The translations under genes and the position numbers were made by a program. From an uncultured Gammaproteobacteria bacterium (GTDB taxonomy: Bacteria > Patescibacteriota > Microgenomatia > UBA8517): DNA of 64,000 nucleotides. Shown here piece after piece: positions 1 to 8,910 of this stretch; position 1 is the stretch's first letter; every line of letters begins with the position of its first letter. The stretch spans positions 70,711 to 134,710 of the forward strand of contig CAZRJH010000004.1 in NCBI GenBank assembly GCA_964600575.1, in the 5' to 3' direction. The notes beneath the pieces are model-generated. The model saw only the letters and a program-made list of their open reading frames with translations, was not told the DNA's origin and searched no databases.

Positions 1-255
1 TATAGCTCAAGTAATTTTTTTGGGAACGACAGCAATGATTATCGAAATTGTAGAAATATTTTAAACAAAGAATATTATTTATCTTGTTTTTCGGGTTATA
101 TTAAAAGGTTTATAGCCGTTAATGTAAGAAAACAGGATGATATTGTCTACAAACAAGAAGTTTGTGGCACAATTGATTTATCAGCCGAAGAGGCTAAGGT
201 TTGCCAACTTTTATTGGCTGACTTTATAAAAAACAATGAGACAGGTTTTAAATAA
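1..255 (+). CDS. 3' end (85 aa) of an upstream gene, probably another member of the Cys-rich paralog family; Cys-rich tail CxN...C...C...C, stop TAA at 253-255 overlapping the next start
   Basis: Frame 1 is open from the window edge to TAA at 253-255. The spaced-Cys tail resembles the C-termini of the downstream paralogs. Truncated, so not in the ORF track. Confidence 0.35.
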   Translation, partial: YSSSNFFGNDSNDYRNCRNILNKEYYLSCFSGYIKRFIAVNVRKQDDIVYKQEVCGTIDLSAEEAKVCQLLLADFIKNNETGFK

Positions 256-1744
256 ATATAAATTTTGGCTAATGTTGGGATCTGCAACCCTGATTGTAAT
301 TTTTTGTTATGCATTTGTGCCCAGGGTCAAGCTAGTCAAAAGCGGTACGGTTGTTATTGCTTACGATACAAAAAAGGGGTTTATCCCCAGAGAAATTGTT
401 GTAGCCAAGGGTACGACTGTACGTTTCGAAAATGTTAGCGGCACTGCTTTTTGGCCCGCCAGCGATTTTTATCCCCAAAATTCTAATTATCCCGACTTTG
501 ACCCAAAAGGTGCGGTAGAGAACGGCAAGGGTTGGGAGTTTCGCTTTGACACCCCTGGCGAGTGGGCATATCACGATCATTTGAGGCCAATAGATAAAGG
601 TTTGGTGACGGTGGTTAACGGCGGAAGAATATATTTTGAAAAGAAAAGTACCTGTGGAGATATGGATAAGCTTAGTTACAGTCAAAAACAGCTTTGTTGG
701 TATAACCAGATTAAGTCATCTGTAAAGTCAGGGGGTGTTTCTAAGGCACTTAGCCTTTTTAAAGATCTATACAATAAAGAATCATCTTTTTCCCAGGGTT
801 GTCACGATGCAATGCATTTGATTGGTGACGAGGCATACAGAGAGCATTTAAAGGGTAATAAATTTGATTTTACAGTTGAAACGACATATTGCGGCTATGG
901 TTTTTATCACGGTTTTATAGAAGCAATGCTTTATACCAAGGGGGATTATGAAGAGGTTACGAAATTCTGTGAAGACACAAAGACTAATCTTAAAACCGAC
1001 ATTGAATCACCAAATGCAATTTATTCGTGCTATCACGGAATAGGTCATTCTACTTTTGATGCTCACGATCCTTCTTCCTGGGGAAGCGAGGAAAAAATGG
1101 TAACCCCTGCCATAAAAACATGCGAAAGAATTACCTCAGGCTTTTCGGAAGAAAAGACCAAGCAATGTATTACCGGGGTGTTTAATGCGTTAGGGATAGC
1201 TTATTCAAGTGGGTTGTATAAGTTTAAATTAAATATGAAAGACCCGGTTTGGTACTGTAGACCCTTAAAAGAAAATTATAAAAAAGCCTGTTTTATCGAA
1301 GTTTCAATGGCATATGTAAACTCTCAGCTAGGGGGATATGACTTCAAATTTTCCGAAGGAGCCAATTTTATAGCAGGTCTTAAAGACCCAGTTGGTGAAG
1401 AGGCGGCAATGTTTGCCTTATCGTCTGAATTTTCTAGACTTCACTTGTCGGATTTTACAAATTCTCGGCTTTTAGGTAATTGTGAAACTGTTAAATCTGG
1501 CTTATTTGACTCCTGCTTGCAAGGTGTAGAACTTGCACTTTTAAATTGGGGCAAGCCGGGTGAGGAGTATAAAAGAGCACTGTTGTTGTGTTCTGATCAA
1601 AAATTGAACAGCAAAAACAAAGAAAAGTGTTTGACTTATATATTTAACAATCTCCCTAGTCTTTACTCGAAAAATAAAAGAACTGAAATTTGTCAAAATG
1701 AAGTGGAGGAGAACTTTAGGGAAAGTTGTATAAATATTAATTAA
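236..1744 (+). CDS. Secreted/anchored Cys-His-rich repeat protein (family A) with N-terminal cupredoxin-like domain
   Basis: 502-aa ORF with an N-terminal hydrophobic anchor. Residues ~35-130 match a cupredoxin fold (VRFENxSG...WPASDFYP...GEWAYHDHLRP). Family motifs CHDAMHLIGDEAY, CGYGFYHGF, CYHGIGHS and CITGVF follow. It is paralogous to 8+ downstream ORFs. Confidence 0.8.
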   Translation: MRQVLNKYKFWLMLGSATLIVIFCYAFVPRVKLVKSGTVVIAYDTKKGFIPREIVVAKGTTVRFENVSGTAFWPASDFYPQNSNYPDFDPKGAVENGKGWEFRFDTPGEWAYHDHLRPIDKGLVTVVNGGRIYFEKKSTCGDMDKLSYSQKQLCWYNQIKSSVKSGGVSKALSLFKDLYNKESSFSQGCHDAMHLIGDEAYREHLKGNKFDFTVETTYCGYGFYHGFIEAMLYTKGDYEEVTKFCEDTKTNLKTDIESPNAIYSCYHGIGHSTFDAHDPSSWGSEEKMVTPAIKTCERITSGFSEEKTKQCITGVFNALGIAYSSGLYKFKLNMKDPVWYCRPLKENYKKACFIEVSMAYVNSQLGGYDFKFSEGANFIAGLKDPVGEEAAMFALSSEFSRLHLSDFTNSRLLGNCETVKSGLFDSCLQGVELALLNWGKPGEEYKRALLLCSDQKLNSKNKEKCLTYIFNNLPSLYSKNKRTEICQNEVEENFRESCININ

Positions 1745-1748
1745 CCAA

Positions 1749-2984
1749 ATGAAAAAAATAATAAATATATTCAAATACTTAGTATTAGCTTCACTACTAA
1801 CCCTTGTTTCTTGGTATTTTATAGTTGTACAAAGCGGAAATATTTTGGTGTCAGGTGGTAAAGGGCTCACATACTTTGCCAGCAAAATAACAAAAATATG
1901 TTCCACCAGTGCTTATAGACCGGCATGCTATGACAAGGAAATACCAAAGCTGGTTGCAAAAAATCTGATTTCCATGGAAGATGCGTTTTCTGTAACTTCT
2001 ATCATTCAAAAAAACGATAGAGAATACTTGTATTGCCATATCTTGGGTCATAATTTGGCGGATGAAGAAACCAAGAAGGACCCGGATAAGTGGTTAGATG
2101 TTATAACACGATGTCCTGCTCTTGCTTGTAATAACGGTTGTGCGCACGGGGCGATAATGAGGAAATTTAAAGGAACGGAGATATTAAGTAATTCTCAGAT
2201 CGCAGAAATAATGCCAGATTTATCTATTGCCTGCGAGCCGAGAGATTCCTGGCTTCCGACCGAACTCGAAAGATCGATGTGTTATCACTCGCTTGGACAT
2301 TTAGGACTTTATATTACCGGCGCAGATATTGATAAGTCCCTTGAAATATGCAAAAAGGTCGGTATTAAAAGTGACGGCAGAAGTTACTATCAGACCTGTG
2401 CGTCAGGTGTTTTTATGCTTATCTTTCAGGCCTTGGATGATGACGATGCTGCCCTTGTAGCCAATGTAAAACCCGCCAAAGACCAGGTTGTTAGATTTTG
2501 TTCTAGGTATCAAGGTTTAGAAAATACCGCATGTCGTACAGAATCTTGGCCTTACTTTTTTGACGAATTTGCAAAACCCGAAGGACTGGTCAAATTTTGT
2601 AGTTTTACTTCAGATAAATATTTTCGCAATTGGTGTTTTGATACCGGTCTCAGAGGCGGATTAACTTTAAAAATACTTCAGACCCAAGGCCCAGATGGTG
2701 TTTCTAGATATTGTGCAGGTTTGCCCGAAGACATTAAAGGTAGGTGTTTTGCCTCAGTGGCAAATAGCTGGGTTCAGGATGAACCAAACTACATTAGTGA
2801 CTCAGTGGCACTATGCAAGGCTGCGGAAAAGTATGGTTTTTCTGAAGAATGCTATAACGGCCTTTTGTATTTTTCAAAATTTAGTTTCAATAAAGGGTCA
2901 GACTTATGGAAAAATTATTGCAACGAATTTCCTGAAAACTATAAAACCAGATGTTTTTCCGGAGACACCCCCGAAGGTTGGTAG
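1749..2984 (+). CDS. Secreted Cys-His-rich paralog (family B subtype)
   Basis: 411 aa with an N-terminal TM. Motifs YCHILGHNLADEE, CNNGCAHGAIM, CYHSLGHLG and CASGVF. Roughly 65-70% identical to the 4487..5710 product. Confidence 0.8.
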   Translation: MKKIINIFKYLVLASLLTLVSWYFIVVQSGNILVSGGKGLTYFASKITKICSTSAYRPACYDKEIPKLVAKNLISMEDAFSVTSIIQKNDREYLYCHILGHNLADEETKKDPDKWLDVITRCPALACNNGCAHGAIMRKFKGTEILSNSQIAEIMPDLSIACEPRDSWLPTELERSMCYHSLGHLGLYITGADIDKSLEICKKVGIKSDGRSYYQTCASGVFMLIFQALDDDDAALVANVKPAKDQVVRFCSRYQGLENTACRTESWPYFFDEFAKPEGLVKFCSFTSDKYFRNWCFDTGLRGGLTLKILQTQGPDGVSRYCAGLPEDIKGRCFASVANSWVQDEPNYISDSVALCKAAEKYGFSEECYNGLLYFSKFSFNKGSDLWKNYCNEFPENYKTRCFSGDTPEGW

Positions 2985-2990
2985 CAACTT

Positions 2991-4484
2991 ATGCCTTTTA
3001 AATTAACCAGACTCCATGTTTTAACTTTTGCAGTTCTGTCAGTTGTTCTTTTTTATTTTTTCACTACTAAAGTAAGTCTTTTTTCTCGGAATGTGGTATA
3101 TCTGACAAACGACGGATTTGTGCCATTTGGTATAAAAATAACTAAAGGTGAACCTGTAAGATTTATAAATAAAACCGATAAACCCTTTTGGCCAGCAAGC
3201 GATCCTCATCCGCAACATACTAATATTGCCGGATTTGATTCCAGTAAGGCGGTTTTGCCCAAAATGTTTTATGAGTATACATTTTCCGAGACGGGAAGTT
3301 TTAGATACCACAATCATTTAAACCCTAGTCAAAGAGGTGTCGTAAAAGTTTTGGAAACAGCAACCATCAGCGATGTTGATTGTAAAAATACAAGGGACCT
3401 ATATGAGCAAAAAGAGTGCTACTCAGGCGAACTTGCAGAAATTCAGACTTTAAAAGGAGAATTGTCTGCCCTAACACTTTTAGACAAGGTGGTTGAAGAA
3501 AATCCGGGCCTGCAAAGGGAATGTCACGATATGGCTCATTATATTGGCGAAGAAAGTTATTGGTCCTATTCTAAATCCAAAAAAATTATCAAGTCGGATA
3601 AAATTTCGATTTGCGGTTTTGGCTATGTTCATGGTTTTATGCAGGAATTTGCCCACCATTCGGTTGATTTTTACTCTAAAAGTAAAGACCTTTGTGATTA
3701 TTTTGCAAAAGACATTACATACAATGGTACGAAATGGGATATTGAGCCGGGTGATACTTGCTACAACGGTGTGGGGCACGGAGTAGTGTTTCTAAATTAC
3801 GATGACTATTCTGATAACTTAGCGCTTCTGGCTAAGGTCTCTGCAAACAAGTGTGCAGACATAAGTAACGACCCAAAAAGTCTGGACCACTGCTACCAAG
3901 GTGTTTTTAGCGGCATTTCCGGTTTATATCTTGGTACACACGGATATTTGATTCCGCTTGATGAGGAGCCGCTTAAACTTTGCACTAGTTTTGAACGAGA
4001 TTTTCGTGAGCGTTGTTTAGGAAACATGATTCCTGTTGTTGGTGTTCTTTATAACAGAGATTTGGAAAAACTTGCAAGAACAGTAAAAGGCTTTGATTTG
4101 AAGGATTCAGAATATGTATACAAGATGATTGGCAATATAGCCTCCAGTTGGTATGAGGCCGGTTATGCTAATTTGCAGTCTATCGAGAGTTTTTGCGCCA
4201 AGTCGGATTACAGTTTAAGAAAATATTGTGCTAAAGGTTTTACCGAAGGCCTGGCTTATTATTCTGAGTTTGCGAATGCCTGGAAGACGGTTAAGCTTTT
4301 TTGTAGCAACCTTGGACTTTCGGATTACGACACGAATGAGTGTAAAATGAGTTTTTTCTTAGAGTTTGAAAACCTAAATAGCGAAATGATTGAAAACAAT
4401 TTAAAAAGTTTGGATAAAAAAGACTTCCAATTTGTTTGCGGAAATAACATAATCAGTAAATATTGTTCGTATTCGAACAATTGA
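2991..4484 (+). CDS. Cys-His-rich repeat protein (family A) with N-terminal cupredoxin-like domain
   Basis: 497 aa. Cupredoxin-like segment FINKTDKPFWPASDPHPQH...GSFRYHNHLNP. Then CHDMAHYIGEESY, CGFGYVHGF, CYNGVGHG, CYQGVFSG. Confidence 0.8.
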   Translation: MPFKLTRLHVLTFAVLSVVLFYFFTTKVSLFSRNVVYLTNDGFVPFGIKITKGEPVRFINKTDKPFWPASDPHPQHTNIAGFDSSKAVLPKMFYEYTFSETGSFRYHNHLNPSQRGVVKVLETATISDVDCKNTRDLYEQKECYSGELAEIQTLKGELSALTLLDKVVEENPGLQRECHDMAHYIGEESYWSYSKSKKIIKSDKISICGFGYVHGFMQEFAHHSVDFYSKSKDLCDYFAKDITYNGTKWDIEPGDTCYNGVGHGVVFLNYDDYSDNLALLAKVSANKCADISNDPKSLDHCYQGVFSGISGLYLGTHGYLIPLDEEPLKLCTSFERDFRERCLGNMIPVVGVLYNRDLEKLARTVKGFDLKDSEYVYKMIGNIASSWYEAGYANLQSIESFCAKSDYSLRKYCAKGFTEGLAYYSEFANAWKTVKLFCSNLGLSDYDTNECKMSFFLEFENLNSEMIENNLKSLDKKDFQFVCGNNIISKYCSYSNN

Positions 4485-4486
4485 AT

Positions 4487-5710
4487 ATGAATCTAAAAAT
4501 CTATAGTCTGGCTGTTTTTATAATTGCGGTTTCCACTTTTAATTTTTTCTTAAAAAAGGACCCACCCCTGGTTTTTAAAGATAATGCGGTTGTTTTTTTT
4601 ACAGAACAGATACTAAAACGATGTTTACAGGAGAATTTTAGAAGAGGTTGTTACGATCGAGAAATTCCTAAGATTTTAGAAAAAGGCTACCTTTCTATGG
4701 AAGACGCTTTTGCAGTGACTAACGAAATCCAAAAAAGAGATACAGCCTACTTATACTGCCATACTCTAGGGCATCAACTTGCCGATATGGAAACAAAAAA
4801 AGATGTCGATAAGTGGTTAGACGTAATCGCCAGGTGTCCCAACTCTGCCTGCAACGGCGGATGCGCGCACGGAGCAGTTGTAAGGCGTTTTAAAGGTAGC
4901 GAAACCTTGACTGATTCTCAGATTGATACTATCCTTCCCGAACTTAAAATCGCTTGCGAACCAAGAAGTAAATGGCAACCCTCCGGACTTGAAATATCGC
5001 TTTGTTACCATTCGATAGGTCATCTTGGAATGTACATAACCGATGCAGACATAGATAGGTCGTTGGAGCTGTGTCGTAAAATAACAAAAAAAGACGATGG
5101 TAGAGATTATTACCGTACCTGTGCACAGGGTGTGTTTATGATAATTTTTCAGGCAAGGGATAACGATGATGTGGCGCTGGTCTCAAAAATAGTTCCCAAA
5201 AAAGAAGATGTGGAAAAATTTTGCTCTAGGTACAACGGCGAAAACCTGGTTGCCTGTAGAATTGAGTCTTGGCCGTTTTTCTCCGACGATTTGAGGTCCG
5301 CTCAAGGTCTTACAAAATTTTGCAGTTTTACGAATGTCCCCGATTTTAGAAAATGGTGTTTTGATGATTCAGGAATGAGGGGTGGTTTATCAATCGAGAT
5401 TTTGCAGTCTAAAGGTGTGGAAGGGGTTGGGGTATATTGCAGCTCATTTCCAAGTGATATAAGCGGTCGTTGTTTTGGGTCTGTGGCAACTGCGTGGGTG
5501 CAAGATGAACCCGGGGCTTTGACAAATGCTGTTTTGTTATGCAACCAGGCTGACAAATATGGATACTATAACGAGTGTTTTTCCTCTCTTGCATCATACG
5601 GGAAATTTCGTTTAAATTTTGGAAGCAGAGATTTGTCTAGTTATTGCAATAGTCTACCAACTGAGTTCTCAGGAATTTGTCAAGATAAAAATTACGAAGG
5701 TAAATGGTAA
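4487..5710 (+). CDS. Secreted Cys-His-rich paralog (family B subtype)
   Basis: The ORF track starts at 4463. ATG at 4487 lies 2 nt after the upstream stop and gives the signal-like N-terminus MNLKIYSLAVFIIAVS. The protein is near-collinear with the 1749..2984 product (LYCHTLGHQLADMETKKDVDKWLDVIARCP...). Confidence 0.78.
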   Translation: MNLKIYSLAVFIIAVSTFNFFLKKDPPLVFKDNAVVFFTEQILKRCLQENFRRGCYDREIPKILEKGYLSMEDAFAVTNEIQKRDTAYLYCHTLGHQLADMETKKDVDKWLDVIARCPNSACNGGCAHGAVVRRFKGSETLTDSQIDTILPELKIACEPRSKWQPSGLEISLCYHSIGHLGMYITDADIDRSLELCRKITKKDDGRDYYRTCAQGVFMIIFQARDNDDVALVSKIVPKKEDVEKFCSRYNGENLVACRIESWPFFSDDLRSAQGLTKFCSFTNVPDFRKWCFDDSGMRGGLSIEILQSKGVEGVGVYCSSFPSDISGRCFGSVATAWVQDEPGALTNAVLLCNQADKYGYYNECFSSLASYGKFRLNFGSRDLSSYCNSLPTEFSGICQDKNYEGKW

Positions 5711-6876
5711 AAATAAAAATAGATTATAAATTTGTTTTTGGAATCTTTTGGTCGGCATTTGTTTTTTGTTTGACAGGAATGCTGATTATTCTATTAACAA
5801 AGGATAGGTTTGGTATTAGTTCTAGATGCAGTTCTTTAAAAGAAGATGCCAAGAAGATCGAATGCTGGAAGAAAATAATTGACACGAACTTGGCAAGAGG
5901 AGATTTGGATGGCAGTATGAGCTTGGTTGCCGAGTTCTATCAAATAGATTCTGTTTTTGCTGCAAACTGCCATGATTTTACGCATTCTGTTGGTAAAAAA
6001 GCATACGAGCTGTTTTCTAAAGGTGTTAAATTCCAGGTCGGAAGTAAAACATCTTACTGTGCTTATGGCATCTATCACGGTTTTATGGAAAATCTTGTCG
6101 CCAAGAGCGGTGATATACAAACTGCTAGGGACTTTTGTAGGCAGGTGGATGCCGAGCTTTCTAAAACATCGCCGGGGGCAAAATTTGCCTGCTATCACGG
6201 AATAGGCCACGGTTGGACTAATGTGCACGATAGTAAATTTTCAGGGGATGAACTCGCTATTATTAAACCGTCCTTGGCACTTTGCGAAAAAGTAACAGAT
6301 GATTCGGAGGAGCTAAAAATATGTGCCACCGGTGTATTCGACTCAATTTCAATCGGTTATTACAACAAGATTAATAATCTAGTAATGAATAAAAAAGATC
6401 CGTATTGGTTGTGTAAACTTCAGAGCGATAAATACAAGCAGTCTTGTTATATGGATATATCACCGGCAGTTTTGTGGTTGGGTGATTACAATTTAGATAA
6501 AGCCTTGGCGTTTGTGGCGACTGTAGAACCAAAGTTTAGAAGTTTAGTAACTAAAACACTTTCAGAAGATTCGGTGAGATTCATATTACGGGATAGTAAA
6601 AATATTGAGACACAAATAGATATTTGTAGAAAAATGGGTGGTGAGATGTCGGGTATGTGTATTAAGGGTATCGCTCAAGGATATCTTCAGTTTGGGCCGC
6701 CAAAAGAAGAGGAGAGGTTGGCTTTGATTTTTTGCGGCAACAACTATTTAACAGAAAACGAGAAACAATTATGTTATGGACAGCTATCACAAAGCGTTAA
6801 AATAATTTTACCCGATGAAAGATATAAAGAAGCTTGTTCTAAGATACCGGAGCAATACCAAGAAGTTTGTATTTAA
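5704..6876 (+). CDS. Cys-His-rich repeat protein (family A, no cupredoxin domain)
   Basis: 390 aa with an N-terminal TM. CHDFTHSVGKKAY, CAYGIYHGF, CYHGIGHGW, CATGVFDS. Start overlaps the upstream stop (ATGGTAA). Confidence 0.8.
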   Translation: MVKIKIDYKFVFGIFWSAFVFCLTGMLIILLTKDRFGISSRCSSLKEDAKKIECWKKIIDTNLARGDLDGSMSLVAEFYQIDSVFAANCHDFTHSVGKKAYELFSKGVKFQVGSKTSYCAYGIYHGFMENLVAKSGDIQTARDFCRQVDAELSKTSPGAKFACYHGIGHGWTNVHDSKFSGDELAIIKPSLALCEKVTDDSEELKICATGVFDSISIGYYNKINNLVMNKKDPYWLCKLQSDKYKQSCYMDISPAVLWLGDYNLDKALAFVATVEPKFRSLVTKTLSEDSVRFILRDSKNIETQIDICRKMGGEMSGMCIKGIAQGYLQFGPPKEEERLALIFCGNNYLTENEKQLCYGQLSQSVKIILPDERYKEACSKIPEQYQEVCI

Positions 6877-7912
6877 AAAAGAAATATTGAAACATGTTTT
6901 GTTGACTCTGGGAATCAGCGCTTCGGTTTTTTTGTATGTAGCTGCAAAACCTTGGGATAAAAGCGATTGCAGAAGAAACATGAGATTGTACGGTTATAAG
7001 TTCTATCTGTCGTTTAATGAAGCTAAAAAACCGATTTTCCAGGTCCAAAACAACAACGACAAGTGCTATTACGAATTTTTTGAAGGAATACACAAAGCCT
7101 CGACCGTTTTTAGCCCAAACTATTCTAAGCTGGAGAAGGTTTGTTCATATATAAATAAGAGTTATCCCGTAAAAAGTTGGGACCAGTGCTATTTCAAAAT
7201 AGGCATAGCTTCAACCTACACCAAACGAGACACTGTTTATGATCTTCTGGATTTAGAAAAATTTATTGACAAACAAATTAAATTCTGTGAGAAATCAGGC
7301 AAACATGCCGGGGATTGTATTGTGGGTGTTTATACTGGGGTCAATTTGGCTTTTCAAAACAACGATAAAGATTCTGGATTCGGATTAATGAATGATCTGT
7401 TTTGGCCGTGCAAGACAGGCATGGGAAAAGCCTACAAGCTTCAGTGTTTCAGGGGCATGGTCTCGCTTTTATATGGATATACAAAAGGTGATTCAGCAAA
7501 AGCAAAGGAATTAATATTCGATAATCTTACAGACAAGTTTGAAAGGTTTGAGGTTACATTGACTTATTTTTCTAGTCTTGCGTATATAGACGAATATGAT
7601 CCCTATAAAGTTGCACGGCTTTGCACATCTATAGATGAAGGTTTTGTGAGATATGCTTGTATATTGGGTTATGCTACAGGGATTGACGAAGTTGCAGGAA
7701 ACGGCAATGAGGGCAAGGCTGTGGTTGATTTTTGTGTCAACGAATTGTTTTCGTTTAACGAAACAGGCGAATGTATAAGGCGAGGTTTTTTTGAACTACC
7801 CACAACTTGGAATATCGACTCTAAAAAGAAAATATGTTTGCAATTATCACCCATTAAATATAAAAACTATTGCGAGCTAAATATGGAAATGCCTAAAGCA
7901 GCTAAATTATGA
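6815..7912 (+). CDS. Secreted Cys-rich paralog, His-poor subtype (family C)
   Basis: The ORF as tracked overlaps the upstream gene by 62 nt. An in-frame TTG near 6884 would give the signal-like start (M)KHVLLTLGISASVFLYVAA, so the true start may be later. Motifs CYFKIGIASTY and CIVGVYTGVN are degenerate versions of the family A repeats. Confidence 0.7.
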   Translation: MKDIKKLVLRYRSNTKKFVFKKEILKHVLLTLGISASVFLYVAAKPWDKSDCRRNMRLYGYKFYLSFNEAKKPIFQVQNNNDKCYYEFFEGIHKASTVFSPNYSKLEKVCSYINKSYPVKSWDQCYFKIGIASTYTKRDTVYDLLDLEKFIDKQIKFCEKSGKHAGDCIVGVYTGVNLAFQNNDKDSGFGLMNDLFWPCKTGMGKAYKLQCFRGMVSLLYGYTKGDSAKAKELIFDNLTDKFERFEVTLTYFSSLAYIDEYDPYKVARLCTSIDEGFVRYACILGYATGIDEVAGNGNEGKAVVDFCVNELFSFNETGECIRRGFFELPTTWNIDSKKKICLQLSPIKYKNYCELNMEMPKAAKL

Positions 7913-8910
7913 GGAAATTATTAACTGCAACTGTTCTTTTAATGTTGAGTTTTATTTTTATTGACTTTTCCGTTGATTCTCATTCTCAGTATTGTACTTA
8001 TTTGAACAAATATTCGGGTTTTAGGTTTTATGTTTTAGATACGTTGGGTATAAAAAGCAATTTTCCCGGTTCCACAAAAGCTGAAAGTTGTAAATTGGCT
8101 TTTTATAGGGGAGTTTATGAAGGAAATAAAATTATACCCGGATACGAAAGATTAGATACGGTATGTAAAAAGATAAACGCCAACTCTGGTTACAGACTTT
8201 GGGATGTTTGTTATTTTAATTTGGGAATCTCGGTTTTGTACTACAGAAACAACGAGAATGTTAATAATCAAAATCTTGTTTTGGACACGGAAAGCGGTAT
8301 TCGTTTTTGTGGCGGTACATCTAACAAGTTGAGTTGTATCGCAGGTGTATTTACGGGAATCAATTGGTTTTTAACTGACAACCCGAAATATAAACCGATT
8401 CAAGAAAACCCCGTGTGGATTTGCCAATCTTTAAAATATCCCGATTATAAGTTGCAATGCATGCGAAACTTAATTTCTTATCTATACAGTTACTCGGGTG
8501 GTAATTTGGAAAAATCGTTACTAATAATTGAACAAAATTCATCGAACATCTTTGAAAAATATGAGGCTTCTCACACGTTGTTTTCTAGCTTAGCTTTTAC
8601 TGACGACTTTACCGAAGAAGCTGTCAAAAAGATTTGTGTCGACTACAAAGAAAGATGGTTAAAAATGGCTTGTGTTTCCGGATATGCAAATGGAATAACC
8701 GAGACTGCCGTAATCGGTACTGAGGCGAAACGTATTTTGAATTATTGCGGATCAAATATTTTTTCCTTTGAGGATAAAGCTGAATGTTACAGAAGAGCCT
8801 TTTCCGAAATTCCAGGTTTTGACAAAAAAGCTAACTGTTTGGTTAATGTGCCTGAAAATTTTAAACATGTCTGTCGTCTGGTAGAAGAAGTTGTCCCAGT
8901 ACCTCAATAA
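7909..8910 (+). CDS. Secreted Cys-rich paralog, His-poor subtype (family C)
   Basis: 333 aa with an N-terminal TM, similar to the 6815..7912 product (CYFNLGISVLYY, CIAGVFTGINW). Start is an ATGA overlap. Confidence 0.75.
   Translation: MRKLLTATVLLMLSFIFIDFSVDSHSQYCTYLNKYSGFRFYVLDTLGIKSNFPGSTKAESCKLAFYRGVYEGNKIIPGYERLDTVCKKINANSGYRLWDVCYFNLGISVLYYRNNENVNNQNLVLDTESGIRFCGGTSNKLSCIAGVFTGINWFLTDNPKYKPIQENPVWICQSLKYPDYKLQCMRNLISYLYSYSGGNLEKSLLIIEQNSSNIFEKYEASHTLFSSLAFTDDFTEEAVKKICVDYKERWLKMACVSGYANGITETAVIGTEAKRILNYCGSNIFSFEDKAECYRRAFSEIPGFDKKANCLVNVPENFKHVCRLVEEVVPVPQ

Noticed and set aside
332-685. Antisense 117-aa ORF within the first family-A gene, and similar 60-130-aa antisense ORFs throughout 236..18195
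   Set aside because: They lie inside well-supported sense genes with conserved motifs. They have no conserved features and are typical AT-rich antisense noise.
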